Of a DNA stretch of 43,721 nucleotides, positions 8,090 through 16,556 are shown in pieces. Source of the DNA: a bacterium (GTDB lineage Bacteria; Patescibacteriota; Minisyncoccia; 2-02-FULL-40-12; IGHO2-12-FULL-4); NCBI GenBank assembly GCA_030695705.1, contig JAUYPS010000048.1, positions 1-43,721 of the forward strand, read 5' to 3'. How positions within the stretch are numbered: the first letter of the stretch is position 1; every line of letters starts with the position of its first letter. The notes below the pieces were generated by a model. It saw only the letters and a list, made by a program, of their open reading frames with translations. It made no database searches and was not told the origin of the DNA. The position numbers were made by a program, and so were the translations under genes.

Positions 8090-10195
8090 ATGGATATAAA
8101 AACATATAAGCAGGACTTTGCCGGAAGAGAACTTTTTGTGGAATTAGGCCGGCTGGCTAATCAGGCCAACGGCTCTGTCCGCGTCCAGTACGGGGAAACA
8201 ACTCTTTTGGTTACGGCTACCATGTCGGCGCACCCGAAAGATGCTGACTACTTTCCTCTCTCGGTGGACTATGAAGAGAAGTATTATGCCGCCGGTAAAA
8301 TTAAAGGATCCAAGTGGATCAAGAGAGAAAGCCGGCCCTCGGAGGAGGCCATTTTGGCTGGAAGATTGATTGATCGTTCTCTGCGACCCCGTTTTAACAA
8401 TGGCATCCGCAATGAAGTCCAGGTAGTGCCGACCGTGCTTACTTTCGATAGTGTTAATGACCCGGATGTCGTGGCTCTTTTCGGAGCTTCTTTGTCTTTG
8501 ATGATTTCGGATATTCCTTTCAATGGACCGGTAGCGGCGGTGCGAGTAGGACGGGTTGATGGAAAATTGGTTATTAATCCAACTTACGAACAAAGAAAAA
8601 CTAGCGATTTCGATATTGTGGTTGCCGGGACCGCCAATCGGATTAACATGATTGAGGCCGGAGCCAAAATCGTGCCGGAAAAAGAAATGGCCGAAGCGGT
8701 GGAATTCGGGTTTAAAGAATTACAGAAGTTAATTAAATTCCAGGAGCAGATTGTCTCGGAAATATTCGCCAAAAAGAAAGATTTACTGGTTTTCTCTCAT
8801 GACGAATCATTAGTTAAGTTGGTTCGTGATTTTGTTACTCCCAAATTGGAAAAAGTTCTCTATACTCCGCACAAAAATGAGTATGTAGAGGGTTTGCACC
8901 GGACTAGCGAAGAACTGGCCGGTTTTATCAGTTCGGAATTTACCGGACATCCCGACTTGTCAAAAAAACTGAAAGAAGCATCCAAACTTTTTGAGGAAGA
9001 AATCGACAAGATTGTGCATAGAAATATTGTTGAGAAGGAAAAGCGTCCGGACGGCCGGAAAATTGATGAGTTGAGAAAATTATCCGGTGATACGGGAATT
9101 TTGCCGCATTCGCACGGAACAGGACTTTTTGATCGCGGAACTACCCAGGTCTTGACTGTGCTGACTTTGGCTTCTCCCGGTATGGAACAGTGGGTAGAGA
9201 CCATGGAGATCGAGCTCACCAAGAAACGCTTCATGCATCATTACATCTTTCCTCCTTTCAGCGTGGGAGAGGTGGGCAGGATGGGTTTTACCGGCCGGAG
9301 GGAAATTGGCCACGGCGCTTTGGCGGAAAGGGCCTTAGAACCCTTAATTCCTTCTAAAGACGACTTCCCCTACACCATCAGAGTTGTTTCCGAAACGCTT
9401 TCTTCCAACGGTTCTTCCTCCATGGCCTCTGTCTGCGCTTCCAGTTTGGCTTTGATGGATGGAGGAGTGCCAATCAAATCCCATGTAGGCGGAATCGCCA
9501 TGGGATTGATGTTTGGGGAAGACGATGAGAAGTATAAAATTTTAACCGACATTCAAGGTCCGGAAGATCACCATGGCGATATGGATTTGAAAGTGGCCGG
9601 GACAAAAGAAGGGGTTACCGCCATTCAGATGGATGTGAAAATAGAAGGTATTACTATGAAAATTTTTGAAGAATCGTTAGTTCAGGCCAAAAAAGCGCGT
9701 TTGGAGATTTTGGATACCCTGGCCGGAGCTATCAAAGAGCCACGAGCTGAACTTTCTTCCTATGCTCCTCGAATTAAGACCGTTAAAATCAATCCGGATA
9801 AGATTCGCACCTTGATTGGTCCGGGCGGCAAGATGATAAATGATATTATCGATCAAACGGGAGTGGATATTGATATAGAAGATGATGGGAGCGTCTTTAT
9901 CACGGCTGACAACCCGGAGAGTATGGACAAGGCCATTAAATTAATTGAATCTGTAACTTATGAGGAAAAGCCGGGTGATGAATTCGATGGTAAAGTATCT
10001 CGTATTTTGGACTTTGGCGCAATGATAGAGTATCTGCCTGGACGAGAGGGACTGGTTTATGTTTCAGAGATCTCCCATGAGCGTATCCGTCACCCTGCTG
10101 ATGTGTTAAAAATCGGGCAAAGTGTACATGTGAGAGTGAAAAACATTGACGAGTATGGTAGAATAAACTTATCAATGAAAACAGCTAAACAATAA
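8090..10195 (+). CDS. pnp: Polyribonucleotide nucleotidyltransferase (PNPase)
   Basis: 701 aa with two RNase PH domains (GSVRVQYGETTLLVTAT; HGTGLFDRGTTQVLTV), then KH (IGPGGKMINDI) and S1 (GKVSRILDFGAMIEY) domains. Confidence 0.97.
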   Translation: MDIKTYKQDFAGRELFVELGRLANQANGSVRVQYGETTLLVTATMSAHPKDADYFPLSVDYEEKYYAAGKIKGSKWIKRESRPSEEAILAGRLIDRSLRPRFNNGIRNEVQVVPTVLTFDSVNDPDVVALFGASLSLMISDIPFNGPVAAVRVGRVDGKLVINPTYEQRKTSDFDIVVAGTANRINMIEAGAKIVPEKEMAEAVEFGFKELQKLIKFQEQIVSEIFAKKKDLLVFSHDESLVKLVRDFVTPKLEKVLYTPHKNEYVEGLHRTSEELAGFISSEFTGHPDLSKKLKEASKLFEEEIDKIVHRNIVEKEKRPDGRKIDELRKLSGDTGILPHSHGTGLFDRGTTQVLTVLTLASPGMEQWVETMEIELTKKRFMHHYIFPPFSVGEVGRMGFTGRREIGHGALAERALEPLIPSKDDFPYTIRVVSETLSSNGSSSMASVCASSLALMDGGVPIKSHVGGIAMGLMFGEDDEKYKILTDIQGPEDHHGDMDLKVAGTKEGVTAIQMDVKIEGITMKIFEESLVQAKKARLEILDTLAGAIKEPRAELSSYAPRIKTVKINPDKIRTLIGPGGKMINDIIDQTGVDIDIEDDGSVFITADNPESMDKAIKLIESVTYEEKPGDEFDGKVSRILDFGAMIEYLPGREGLVYVSEISHERIRHPADVLKIGQSVHVRVKNIDEYGRINLSMKTAKQ

Positions 10196-10239
10196 GAGCA
10201 GGTAATAAAATCTCAAGAGGCCTCCGGTGAACAAAGTTT

Positions 10240-11655
10240 TTGTTCCGTCAACAGTCCCCCAGACTGTTGACTCTCAAAAACTGTTCCCCTCCGCCTCTGG
10301 ATGATTTATTTCATGTTTCAAATTTAGCTTCACTCTTAATGGATGATCCAAAATTTTCGGTGCCGTCTAATTTACCGGTTGCCCAAGGGACGGCAGGTGT
10401 TCCGGCGCCTAAAAGCGATACCTCTTTCCGCTCTTCTATTCGGACCATGGAAAGCGATATAAAATCAGCTCAAACCGGGCAGACCCCTAAAGCATTTGAA
10501 GTTAAACCGCCCTTATTTTCTCCAACTCCTAAGCCGGTGCAACCCCCAGTTGCTATAAAGCCACTGTCTCCAATTCCAGGAGTTCCTCCTACCGGAATTA
10601 AACTAGGAGAAGCAGAAAAAAGAACTGCTCCTTTGCCGGGACAGGAAAAGTTAATCCCCTTTAGGCCGGAACAGAATCCGCCAGTTGGCAGATCGGAAAT
10701 TAAAGTAGCTCCTGCTACGCCCACTCCTCCTGTTGTTCCTGCGGCCCCGCTTCCGCTTCCGCCAATGTCTCCAAAACAACCTCCGGCACCGCTCGTCAGG
10801 CCCTTGCCAAGTCAGGGAGGTATTGCTGTTCCCCCGAAACAATTTTCTTTTGGAAATAAAAAAATCATGGCCGGCGCGGCACTGGTAGTTCTTATCGTAT
10901 TAGGCGGAATTTTGTATCTGCGCTCCGGACAAGAACCGGAAGATATTTCTGTAGCAACTCCCACGCCGTCTACCACCGTTTCTCCGGAGCTCACCTTGGG
11001 AGGAGGATCTTCTGTCACCACTTTATCCGGAATTTTTGGCCAGGCGTCCAGTACTGTTTTTCCAGGTATTTCCGACTCTTTCTCTACTTTTCAAAGTGGA
11101 ATGATTGGTTTAAGTAGTGATAATCCAAATAAAAACGTTTTAGTATCAATCAAAAAACCATCCGGAGAAAATTATAAGTTTTCAGAGTTTCTTGATCAAT
11201 TTTCAATTGTAGGTTTTCCAGTAAATTTAATCTCCGCTTTGGCAGACAACGATTTTAATTTAATTTTAACAAAACAAACAGAATTTTTTGACGAGAATGG
11301 GAAATTAATTGCTAATCCATCAGCCGAAATGCTTTTAACTCCCAAAATTGCTTTGGCGGTCAGAGTAATTGATGCCACGGAAGCCCGCAATCAGCTTACT
11401 TTGTGGGAAAATACGATGAAAGAAAGCTTTGGGGACTTTGGGGAATTTTATGATATTTTTTCGGTGCCAACGGAAAAAGTACCTTTCTCGGACAACCTTT
11501 ATCAAGGCGTTCCCATCAGATTTCTCAACTTTCCTTATGCGGACAAGGCCATTGATTACGCTATTGTTACCGCCAAAAACGGCAATGACTACTTAATTAT
11601 CGCCAACTCTCGAGAGCAAATGTACTCGATCATTGACAAACTGCTTGGCTTCTAA
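10240..11655 (+). CDS. Proline-rich, single-pass membrane protein of unknown function
   Basis: Long ORF with a Pro-rich low-complexity N-terminal half, a TM helix IMAGAALVVLIVLGGILYL, and a ~250-aa C-terminal domain. The start is uncertain: TTG at 10240 or ATG at 10339. Confidence 0.65.
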   Translation: MFRQQSPRLLTLKNCSPPPLDDLFHVSNLASLLMDDPKFSVPSNLPVAQGTAGVPAPKSDTSFRSSIRTMESDIKSAQTGQTPKAFEVKPPLFSPTPKPVQPPVAIKPLSPIPGVPPTGIKLGEAEKRTAPLPGQEKLIPFRPEQNPPVGRSEIKVAPATPTPPVVPAAPLPLPPMSPKQPPAPLVRPLPSQGGIAVPPKQFSFGNKKIMAGAALVVLIVLGGILYLRSGQEPEDISVATPTPSTTVSPELTLGGGSSVTTLSGIFGQASSTVFPGISDSFSTFQSGMIGLSSDNPNKNVLVSIKKPSGENYKFSEFLDQFSIVGFPVNLISALADNDFNLILTKQTEFFDENGKLIANPSAEMLLTPKIALAVRVIDATEARNQLTLWENTMKESFGDFGEFYDIFSVPTEKVPFSDNLYQGVPIRFLNFPYADKAIDYAIVTAKNGNDYLIIANSREQMYSIIDKLLGF

Positions 11656-11663
11656 CTGACCAT

Positions 11664-11739
11664 GCAAATCAGCCATACACCCACTTGAAGATTCCGAGCG
11701 ATAAGTCGAGGTCGAAAGTGGGTGGTATGGCCGATTTGC
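11664..11739. repeat. Family A palindromic element, copy A1 (intergenic, 76 bp, diverged)
   Basis: gcaaatcagccatacacccacttga...tcgaaagtgggtggtatggccgatttgc. It shares the termini and architecture of the copies at 26763, 42572 and 43667, and starts 9 nt after the upstream stop codon. Confidence 0.85.
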
Positions 11740-11867
11740 TCTCTTAGTTGTCCACAGTTTTCCTATTGACTTTTTCTTTGCGAACTGATACTCTTTAACT
11801 AGATCTTTTTACTGGCCGTTTCTGCTTTTATAGAACGGCTGGAAATTTTTTACCTTCCGAAGGGCAT

Positions 11868-11923
11868 TCGTCCTCAAGTCAGAAATTTAGGATGTTAATG
11901 CCCTTCTTTTTTTTAATCATAAA
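11868..11923 (+). terminator. Structured hairpin plus T8 run (terminator-like)
   Basis: gaagggcat (11868-11876) pairs with atgcccttc (11907-11915), with an inner tcct...agga stem, followed by tttttttt. Confidence 0.55.
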
Positions 11924-11993
11924 CTAGTTTTATAATAATTTCCCCAAAATAATTGTAAAAGATAAAATTTTGTGCTAACATTACACTTCAAAT

Positions 11994-12365
11994 ATGGATA
12001 TTAATGAAAAACAAAAACTAATAAAGAGTTTGCAGGAAGAAGAAAAGTTGATCTTATCTGAATTGACTGAATTAGCCAGAAAAAACCCAAATGTTAAGGG
12101 TGACTTTAACGTGCCTTTTCCTAACGAAGGCGATAGTTTGGACGAAAATGCCAGAGAAATTACCGAATTTGAAAGAACAAAAGCGGTTGTAGATAATCTC
12201 GAAAAACGCCTAAAAGATATCAGCACTACGATAGAAAAATTAAACGCGAACTCTTACGGTGTCTGTGAAAAATGTTCAGTAGAAATTAGCGCCGACCGTC
12301 TACAAGCCATGCCAACAGCCAATCTTTGCATTAATTGCGCCAAGGTCCATTCTCACGAAGTTTGA
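11994..12365 (+). CDS. DksA/TraR-family C4 zinc-finger protein
   Basis: 123 aa. Coiled-coil N-terminus and C-terminal CEKCSVEISADRLQAMPTANLCINC (CxxC-N17-CxxC). Confidence 0.8.
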   Translation: MDINEKQKLIKSLQEEEKLILSELTELARKNPNVKGDFNVPFPNEGDSLDENAREITEFERTKAVVDNLEKRLKDISTTIEKLNANSYGVCEKCSVEISADRLQAMPTANLCINCAKVHSHEV

Positions 12366-12393
12366 TACTATTTTAGAGGGATTTAAATAAAAC

Positions 12394-13929
12394 ATGCCTG
12401 TTAGGGTAAATTCGGCGGCCATAAACGCTTTAGAAGCGGTTAAAATAGATGTGGAAGTTGATTGTAATAAAGGTTTACATGCTTTTACTATTGTCGGTCT
12501 TGCCGACAAAAGCGTGGAAGAATCAAAGGATCGTCTCGATGCCGCGATCAGAAATAGCGGTTTTGCCAATCCAAAGTCAAAAAATTTAAAAGTGGTGGTC
12601 AATCTGGCTCCGGCCAGCATCAAAAAAAGCGGATCTTTGCTGGATTTACCGATTGCCATCGGCTATTTATTAGCTACCTCCCAGTTAAAATTTAATAATC
12701 AGGAAACTCGCCTCTTTGTGGGCGAGCTTTCTTTAGATGGACTGATTAGACCAGTTCGTGGGGTCTTATCGATTGCTATTTTAGCCAAAGAACTTGGATT
12801 AGCAGAAATAATTGTGCCAAAATCGAATGCCAAAGAAGCGGCCATGATCCAAGACATCAAAGTGATCGGTGCGACCTCTTTAAAAGAAGTTACCTCTTAC
12901 CTCAAAGAAGAAATAGTTCTAGAAAGCGAAAAACGGCCCTACCTGGCACAGAACAGAAGTTTTGATACCGAACCAGACCTTTCTTCGATTAAAGGGCAGG
13001 AGAGCGCAAAAAGGGCCTTGCTGATAGCGGCGGCCGGCGGACATAATATTTTAATGTTCGGACCTCCTGGATCCGGCAAGACCATCTTGGCTAAATCCTT
13101 GCGAGGTATTTTACCCCCAATGTCTTATGAAGAAGCGATTGATGTAACCAGAATTTATAGTGTGGCGGGATTGACTGGAGAATCCGGATTAATTAACCAA
13201 CGGCCTTTTAGGAGTCCCCATCACACCACCTCTGCCCCGGCCATAATCGGCGGAGGCAATATCCCCCGCCCCGGAGAAATTAGTTTATCTCATCGTGGTA
13301 TCCTTTTTCTTGACGAACTCCCGGAATTTCCTAGAAATGTCTTGGAATCGTTAAGACAGCCGATGGAAGATGGCCAGGTAACCGTTTCCAGAACATCCGG
13401 TTCTGGGCATTTTCCCGCCAGATTCATGCTGGTTGGCGCCATGAATCCTTGTCCTTGTGGGAACTTAGGAAGTGAAAAAGAGGCCTGTGTTTGTCTGCCG
13501 ATGGTGGCCTTGAAGTATCGAAAAAAGATCTCCGGACCGCTCTTAGACCGGATTGATTTACAGGTCTTCGTTCCCCGCGAAACATATAAAAACCTAAGTA
13601 GTCAAGAGAAGACAGAGACGTCCTATAAAATAAGAGAAAAAGTTGCCTTTGCTAGAAAAATTGAAGCGGAACGGCTCAAAAAGTATGGATTTTTGATTAA
13701 TTCCGAAATAAATCTTAAAAACATAAAAGAAATTTGTCCCCTTTCATCCGGGGCAGAGGCCATTCTTGGGAAAATTGTGGAGAAAAAGAACATCTCCGGG
13801 CGGGGATATCACCGTATTTTAAAGATTTCCCGAACGATTGCTGATTTGGAACAAAGCGAGGAAATTAAAGAGCAGCACATCGCCGAAGCCGTAAACTTCC
13901 GATTATCAGAGCTTTCGCAGATGGTTTAG
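12394..13929 (+). CDS. comM: YifB/ComM-family Mg-chelatase-like AAA+ ATPase
   Basis: 511 aa. Lon-protease-like N-domain, IKGQESAKRALLIAAAGGHNILMFGPPGSGKT (Walker A), and ILFLDELPEF (Walker B). Confidence 0.93.
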   Translation: MPVRVNSAAINALEAVKIDVEVDCNKGLHAFTIVGLADKSVEESKDRLDAAIRNSGFANPKSKNLKVVVNLAPASIKKSGSLLDLPIAIGYLLATSQLKFNNQETRLFVGELSLDGLIRPVRGVLSIAILAKELGLAEIIVPKSNAKEAAMIQDIKVIGATSLKEVTSYLKEEIVLESEKRPYLAQNRSFDTEPDLSSIKGQESAKRALLIAAAGGHNILMFGPPGSGKTILAKSLRGILPPMSYEEAIDVTRIYSVAGLTGESGLINQRPFRSPHHTTSAPAIIGGGNIPRPGEISLSHRGILFLDELPEFPRNVLESLRQPMEDGQVTVSRTSGSGHFPARFMLVGAMNPCPCGNLGSEKEACVCLPMVALKYRKKISGPLLDRIDLQVFVPRETYKNLSSQEKTETSYKIREKVAFARKIEAERLKKYGFLINSEINLKNIKEICPLSSGAEAILGKIVEKKNISGRGYHRILKISRTIADLEQSEEIKEQHIAEAVNFRLSELSQMV

Positions 13930-13937
13930 GTTTTTGG

Positions 13938-14197
13938 GCGTAATCCCCGCTCCCCCATTTCAAAGATTCCCTCGAGATCAAATCCTGGTTTGATTTCGTC
14001 ATAAATCCTTATAAAAATCAGGTACCTGGTCGGCCTACAAAAATTAAAAGATTTACCTAAAGCAAATCTTTTAATTTATTTGTTTAATCAGAATTAATCG
14101 CCTCCCTCCTAGTTTGTTATAAGGCCTTTATTTCCTCAATCATCCTGGATTTGCTATCACTCGGTCATATTTTGAAATGGAGGAGTGGGGATTACGC
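13938..14197. mobile_element. Family G 260-bp MITE-like foldback with 27-bp terminal inverted repeats
   Basis: TIR-L gcgtaatccccgctcccccatttcaaa (13938-13964) against the reverse complement of TIR-R tttgaaatggaggagtggggattacgc (14171-14197) gives 25/27. The interior is also self-complementary (ataaatccttataa/ttataaggcctttat; central aaaagattt...aaatctttt). Confidence 0.7.
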
Positions 14198-14263
14198 TTA
14201 AGATTTACTTAAATTTACAAATCTGCTACTTTAAACTCAAGTAATTTGAAAAGAAGGGGAAAT

Positions 14264-14656
14264 ATGGCTGAAAAGAAGGCGTGGCGTCTGATTTTTGCCG
14301 AAGGTTTGCTTGGAAATTACATAAATGGAGAGGTGCAATGGACTTTTAGAAAATACAGTCCTAGGTCGCATGAATTCAAAAAAGGGCAGATTATTGAGGG
14401 GCACTTTCTTGAAGGAGTGATGCTTTTGCTTGAAGTCATGGAGGATACACAAATTAAGTTCTTTTCTTATATTACTGCGGATGAATGCAGAGAATGGGGC
14501 GGGGATAATTGTTCTCATCCTGAAATGATGCAGCAAATGAGGAAATACAATCCAGGAGTAACGGAAAATGACAAGGCAACAATGATCAAAACTCGTTTGG
14601 CGCGGATTAAGAATCGGCCAATTGCCGGACCTTTGCCGGAAGGGTTGAGGAAATGA
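14264..14656 (+). CDS. Hypothetical protein, possibly ASCH/PUA-like fold
   Basis: ATG at 14264 follows RBS aagaagggga. The layout (G..WTFRKY...FKKGQII...LLLEV...) loosely resembles ASCH-domain proteins such as YqfB. The assignment is weak. Confidence 0.5.
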   Translation: MAEKKAWRLIFAEGLLGNYINGEVQWTFRKYSPRSHEFKKGQIIEGHFLEGVMLLLEVMEDTQIKFFSYITADECREWGGDNCSHPEMMQQMRKYNPGVTENDKATMIKTRLARIKNRPIAGPLPEGLRK

Positions 14657-14805
14657 GCGAAGAACTCATAATCTGTCCATGCTGTGAAGGACAAAAGATC
14701 TGGCCATTTGCCGATGTGGCTTATGGCATGACTTGTCCGGTATGCGCCGGTGTTGGCAGAGTTGATCCGGAGTTGGCCAAGTTGGCCATAAAGAATGGTT
14801 GGTAA
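14653..14805 (+). CDS. 50-aa DnaJ-type zinc-finger mini-protein (absent from the ORF track because it is <60 aa)
   Basis: My own translation is MSEELIICPCCEGQKIWPFADVAYGMTCPVCAGVGRVDPELAKLAIKNGW. It has two CxxCxGx(G/K) motifs. The start overlaps the upstream stop (ATGA at 14653-14656), and a terminator follows directly. Confidence 0.5.
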   Translation: MSEELIICPCCEGQKIWPFADVAYGMTCPVCAGVGRVDPELAKLAIKNGW

Positions 14806-14830
14806 AACCGCTAAATTAAGCGGTTTTTTT
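14804..14830 (+). terminator. Rho-independent terminator
   Basis: aaaaccgc-taaattaa-gcggttttttt. Confidence 0.7.
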
Positions 14831-14858
14831 AATGCGCCAAGTGAGTGGCATATTCATT

Positions 14859-14920
14859 TGTCACTGTGACACTATGACACTATGACACTATGACACTATG
14901 ACGTGTCACTATGTCACTAT
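14859..14920. repeat. 8-bp tandem array (GACACTAT x4 perfect, plus degenerate/inverted units)
   Basis: tgtcactgt GACACTAT GACACTAT GACACTAT GACACTAT gacgtgtcactat gtcactat. The four perfect units span 14868-14899 and are flanked by the palindromic cores tgtcac-t-gtgaca and gacgtgtc. Confidence 0.85.
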
Positions 14921-14964
14921 ACTGGTTTTGATTTCTAAAACTCTAGTGATACAATCGAACAATT

Positions 14965-15200
14965 ATGAATGATTTCCTAAGAAAATTTGTTGAATGGTCA
15001 AAATTAAAGTTTAAAATACATACTTCATCCGATATAGATTTCTACTTTATCACCATACATTCTCATTAGACAATAATCAGTATAGTGCCAACTTATCTCA
15101 AATAAGAACCATGAGCAGTAAAAGATTATTGAGGAGGGTAAACAAAATGACAGTGGAGGATTTTAACAAGGTAACAACTATTCTCAAGAATCTTACTTAA
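14965..15200 (+). pseudogene. Remnant of a PemK/MazF-family toxin gene (internal deletion plus frameshift)
   Basis: N-terminal fragment MNDFLRKFVEWSKLKFKIH... stops at 15067-15069. In another frame, ...SQIRTMSSKRLLRRVNKMTVEDFNKVTTILKNL ends at 15200. This resembles the conserved MazF-like C-terminus (QiRtid.kRL...iG.ls.edf). Confidence 0.45.
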
Positions 15201-15206
15201 AATAAC

Positions 15207-15230
15207 GGCTCCCCCAATAAAGGGGGAGCC
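15207..15230. terminator. GC-rich hairpin between convergent genes
   Basis: ggctccccc-aataaa-gggggagcc, a perfect 9-bp stem. There is no strong T-run on either side. Confidence 0.4.
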
Positions 15231-15320
15231 TCGGAGCTCTGTTACCAGAGCCAAAGTATGTTTTGAGTGTATCATGGCCTAGACGAAAAAGTCAAGAACC
15301 TGTTCCTCGGGGAACCGTAA

Positions 15321-16373
15321 TTACTTAGCCAAAGGGTTTCTGGCGCCATGGACTTCGAAGTGCAAGTGACAGCCGGTAGAACGGCCGGTAGTGCCCATTA
15401 AGGCGATTTGCTGGCCTTTTTGAACTGATTCCCCTCCGGCAATGAGTAGTTTACTGCCATGAGCGTAAATTGTCTCCGTTCCATTGGGATGGACAAGTTT
15501 AATGAACTTTCCGAATCCCCCGTTCCAGCCGACCGCGTCCGCCGTGGCGGCAATACCGGCGGCTGAGGCGTAAATCGGCGTCCCGCAGGAATTGGCAATA
15601 TCCACTCCATTTCTGCCGTGAATTCTACCCCAGTTTCGCCCGGTGGTAGGAAGCATAAAGTAACCGCCATAATCCGGCAGATAGCTGAATTTTTTTACGT
15701 TTGAGGAGGCCACAGAACCGGTTGGAGTGGCAATTTTACCCTCTGGGATAATAATTTCCGCATCTATCTGAATAGAGCCATCTTTTGGCAAAGCGTTAAA
15801 AGCAATGATCTTTTCTTCTTCCGCTCCATATTTTTTGGCAATAGTGCCAATACTGTCGCCTTTTTTGACTTTATGGATTACCCCGTCAATGGGGGGAATT
15901 TTCAACTCGTCACCTGGTTTGATACTATTTATGTTATTAAGATTATTGGCCCAAATGATTGTATTGACGCTGACTCCGAAGTCGGAAGCGATAAAAGAAA
16001 GAGTGTCCCCTTCTTGTACCGTATAAACAGCCACCTGGTTGCTTTGATGATCGGACCCGCTAAAACTGGAAAGGTCATTTTCCATGGAATTAAAAGCCAA
16101 AAGGGCGGTTTGCTGAACAGTGCTGTTCGTGGAATTTCCTTTAAATCCTTGCCCCCCCAAGCCGATGAAGGACGACTCGTTGCTTATTTCAGCCGATTGA
16201 GCCCGGTTTAATAAAATAGCGGAAATATTACTTACATCGATATATCTTTTAATTTTATTTTCAATATTTTCTTTTTCACCATGATAACCGGTCGAACCGT
16301 TGTTGGCGATCATTGTGGCAGACAAAAGAATGATGACAAACAAAGAAAAAACGTCTTTTTTAAATAAAGACAT
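15321..16373 (-). CDS. LysM-repeat / M23-family peptidoglycan endopeptidase
   Basis: N-terminal TM/signal segment. Two LysM repeats (YTVQEGDTLSFIASDFGVSVNTIIWANNL; HKVKKGDSIGTIAKKYG). M23 motifs HGRNGVDIA, GTPIYASAAG and GCHLHFEV. Confidence 0.93.
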   Translation of the reverse strand: MSLFKKDVFSLFVIILLSATMIANNGSTGYHGEKENIENKIKRYIDVSNISAILLNRAQSAEISNESSFIGLGGQGFKGNSTNSTVQQTALLAFNSMENDLSSFSGSDHQSNQVAVYTVQEGDTLSFIASDFGVSVNTIIWANNLNNINSIKPGDELKIPPIDGVIHKVKKGDSIGTIAKKYGAEEEKIIAFNALPKDGSIQIDAEIIIPEGKIATPTGSVASSNVKKFSYLPDYGGYFMLPTTGRNWGRIHGRNGVDIANSCGTPIYASAAGIAATADAVGWNGGFGKFIKLVHPNGTETIYAHGSKLLIAGGESVQKGQQIALMGTTGRSTGCHLHFEVHGARNPLAK

Positions 16374-16556
16374 GACAACTGCTATTTTGTCTTTCCACCC
16401 GTTTTCCAGTTTACTGACATGAAAACCGTGAGCGGACAGATTATTTTTTATTTCTGTATCAATAAGAGTTGATATTACAAAACAAAAATCCTCACCGGAG
16501 AATCGTTAAATACCATCTATTTCTCTATGTTATAATCCTAGCCGTTTAGGACTTAG

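Noticed and set aside
14868-14899. Could the tandem repeat be a CRISPR array?
   Set aside because: The units are 8 bp and contiguous with no spacers. No cas genes are present and no 25-40-bp repeats recur at regular spacing anywhere in the window.
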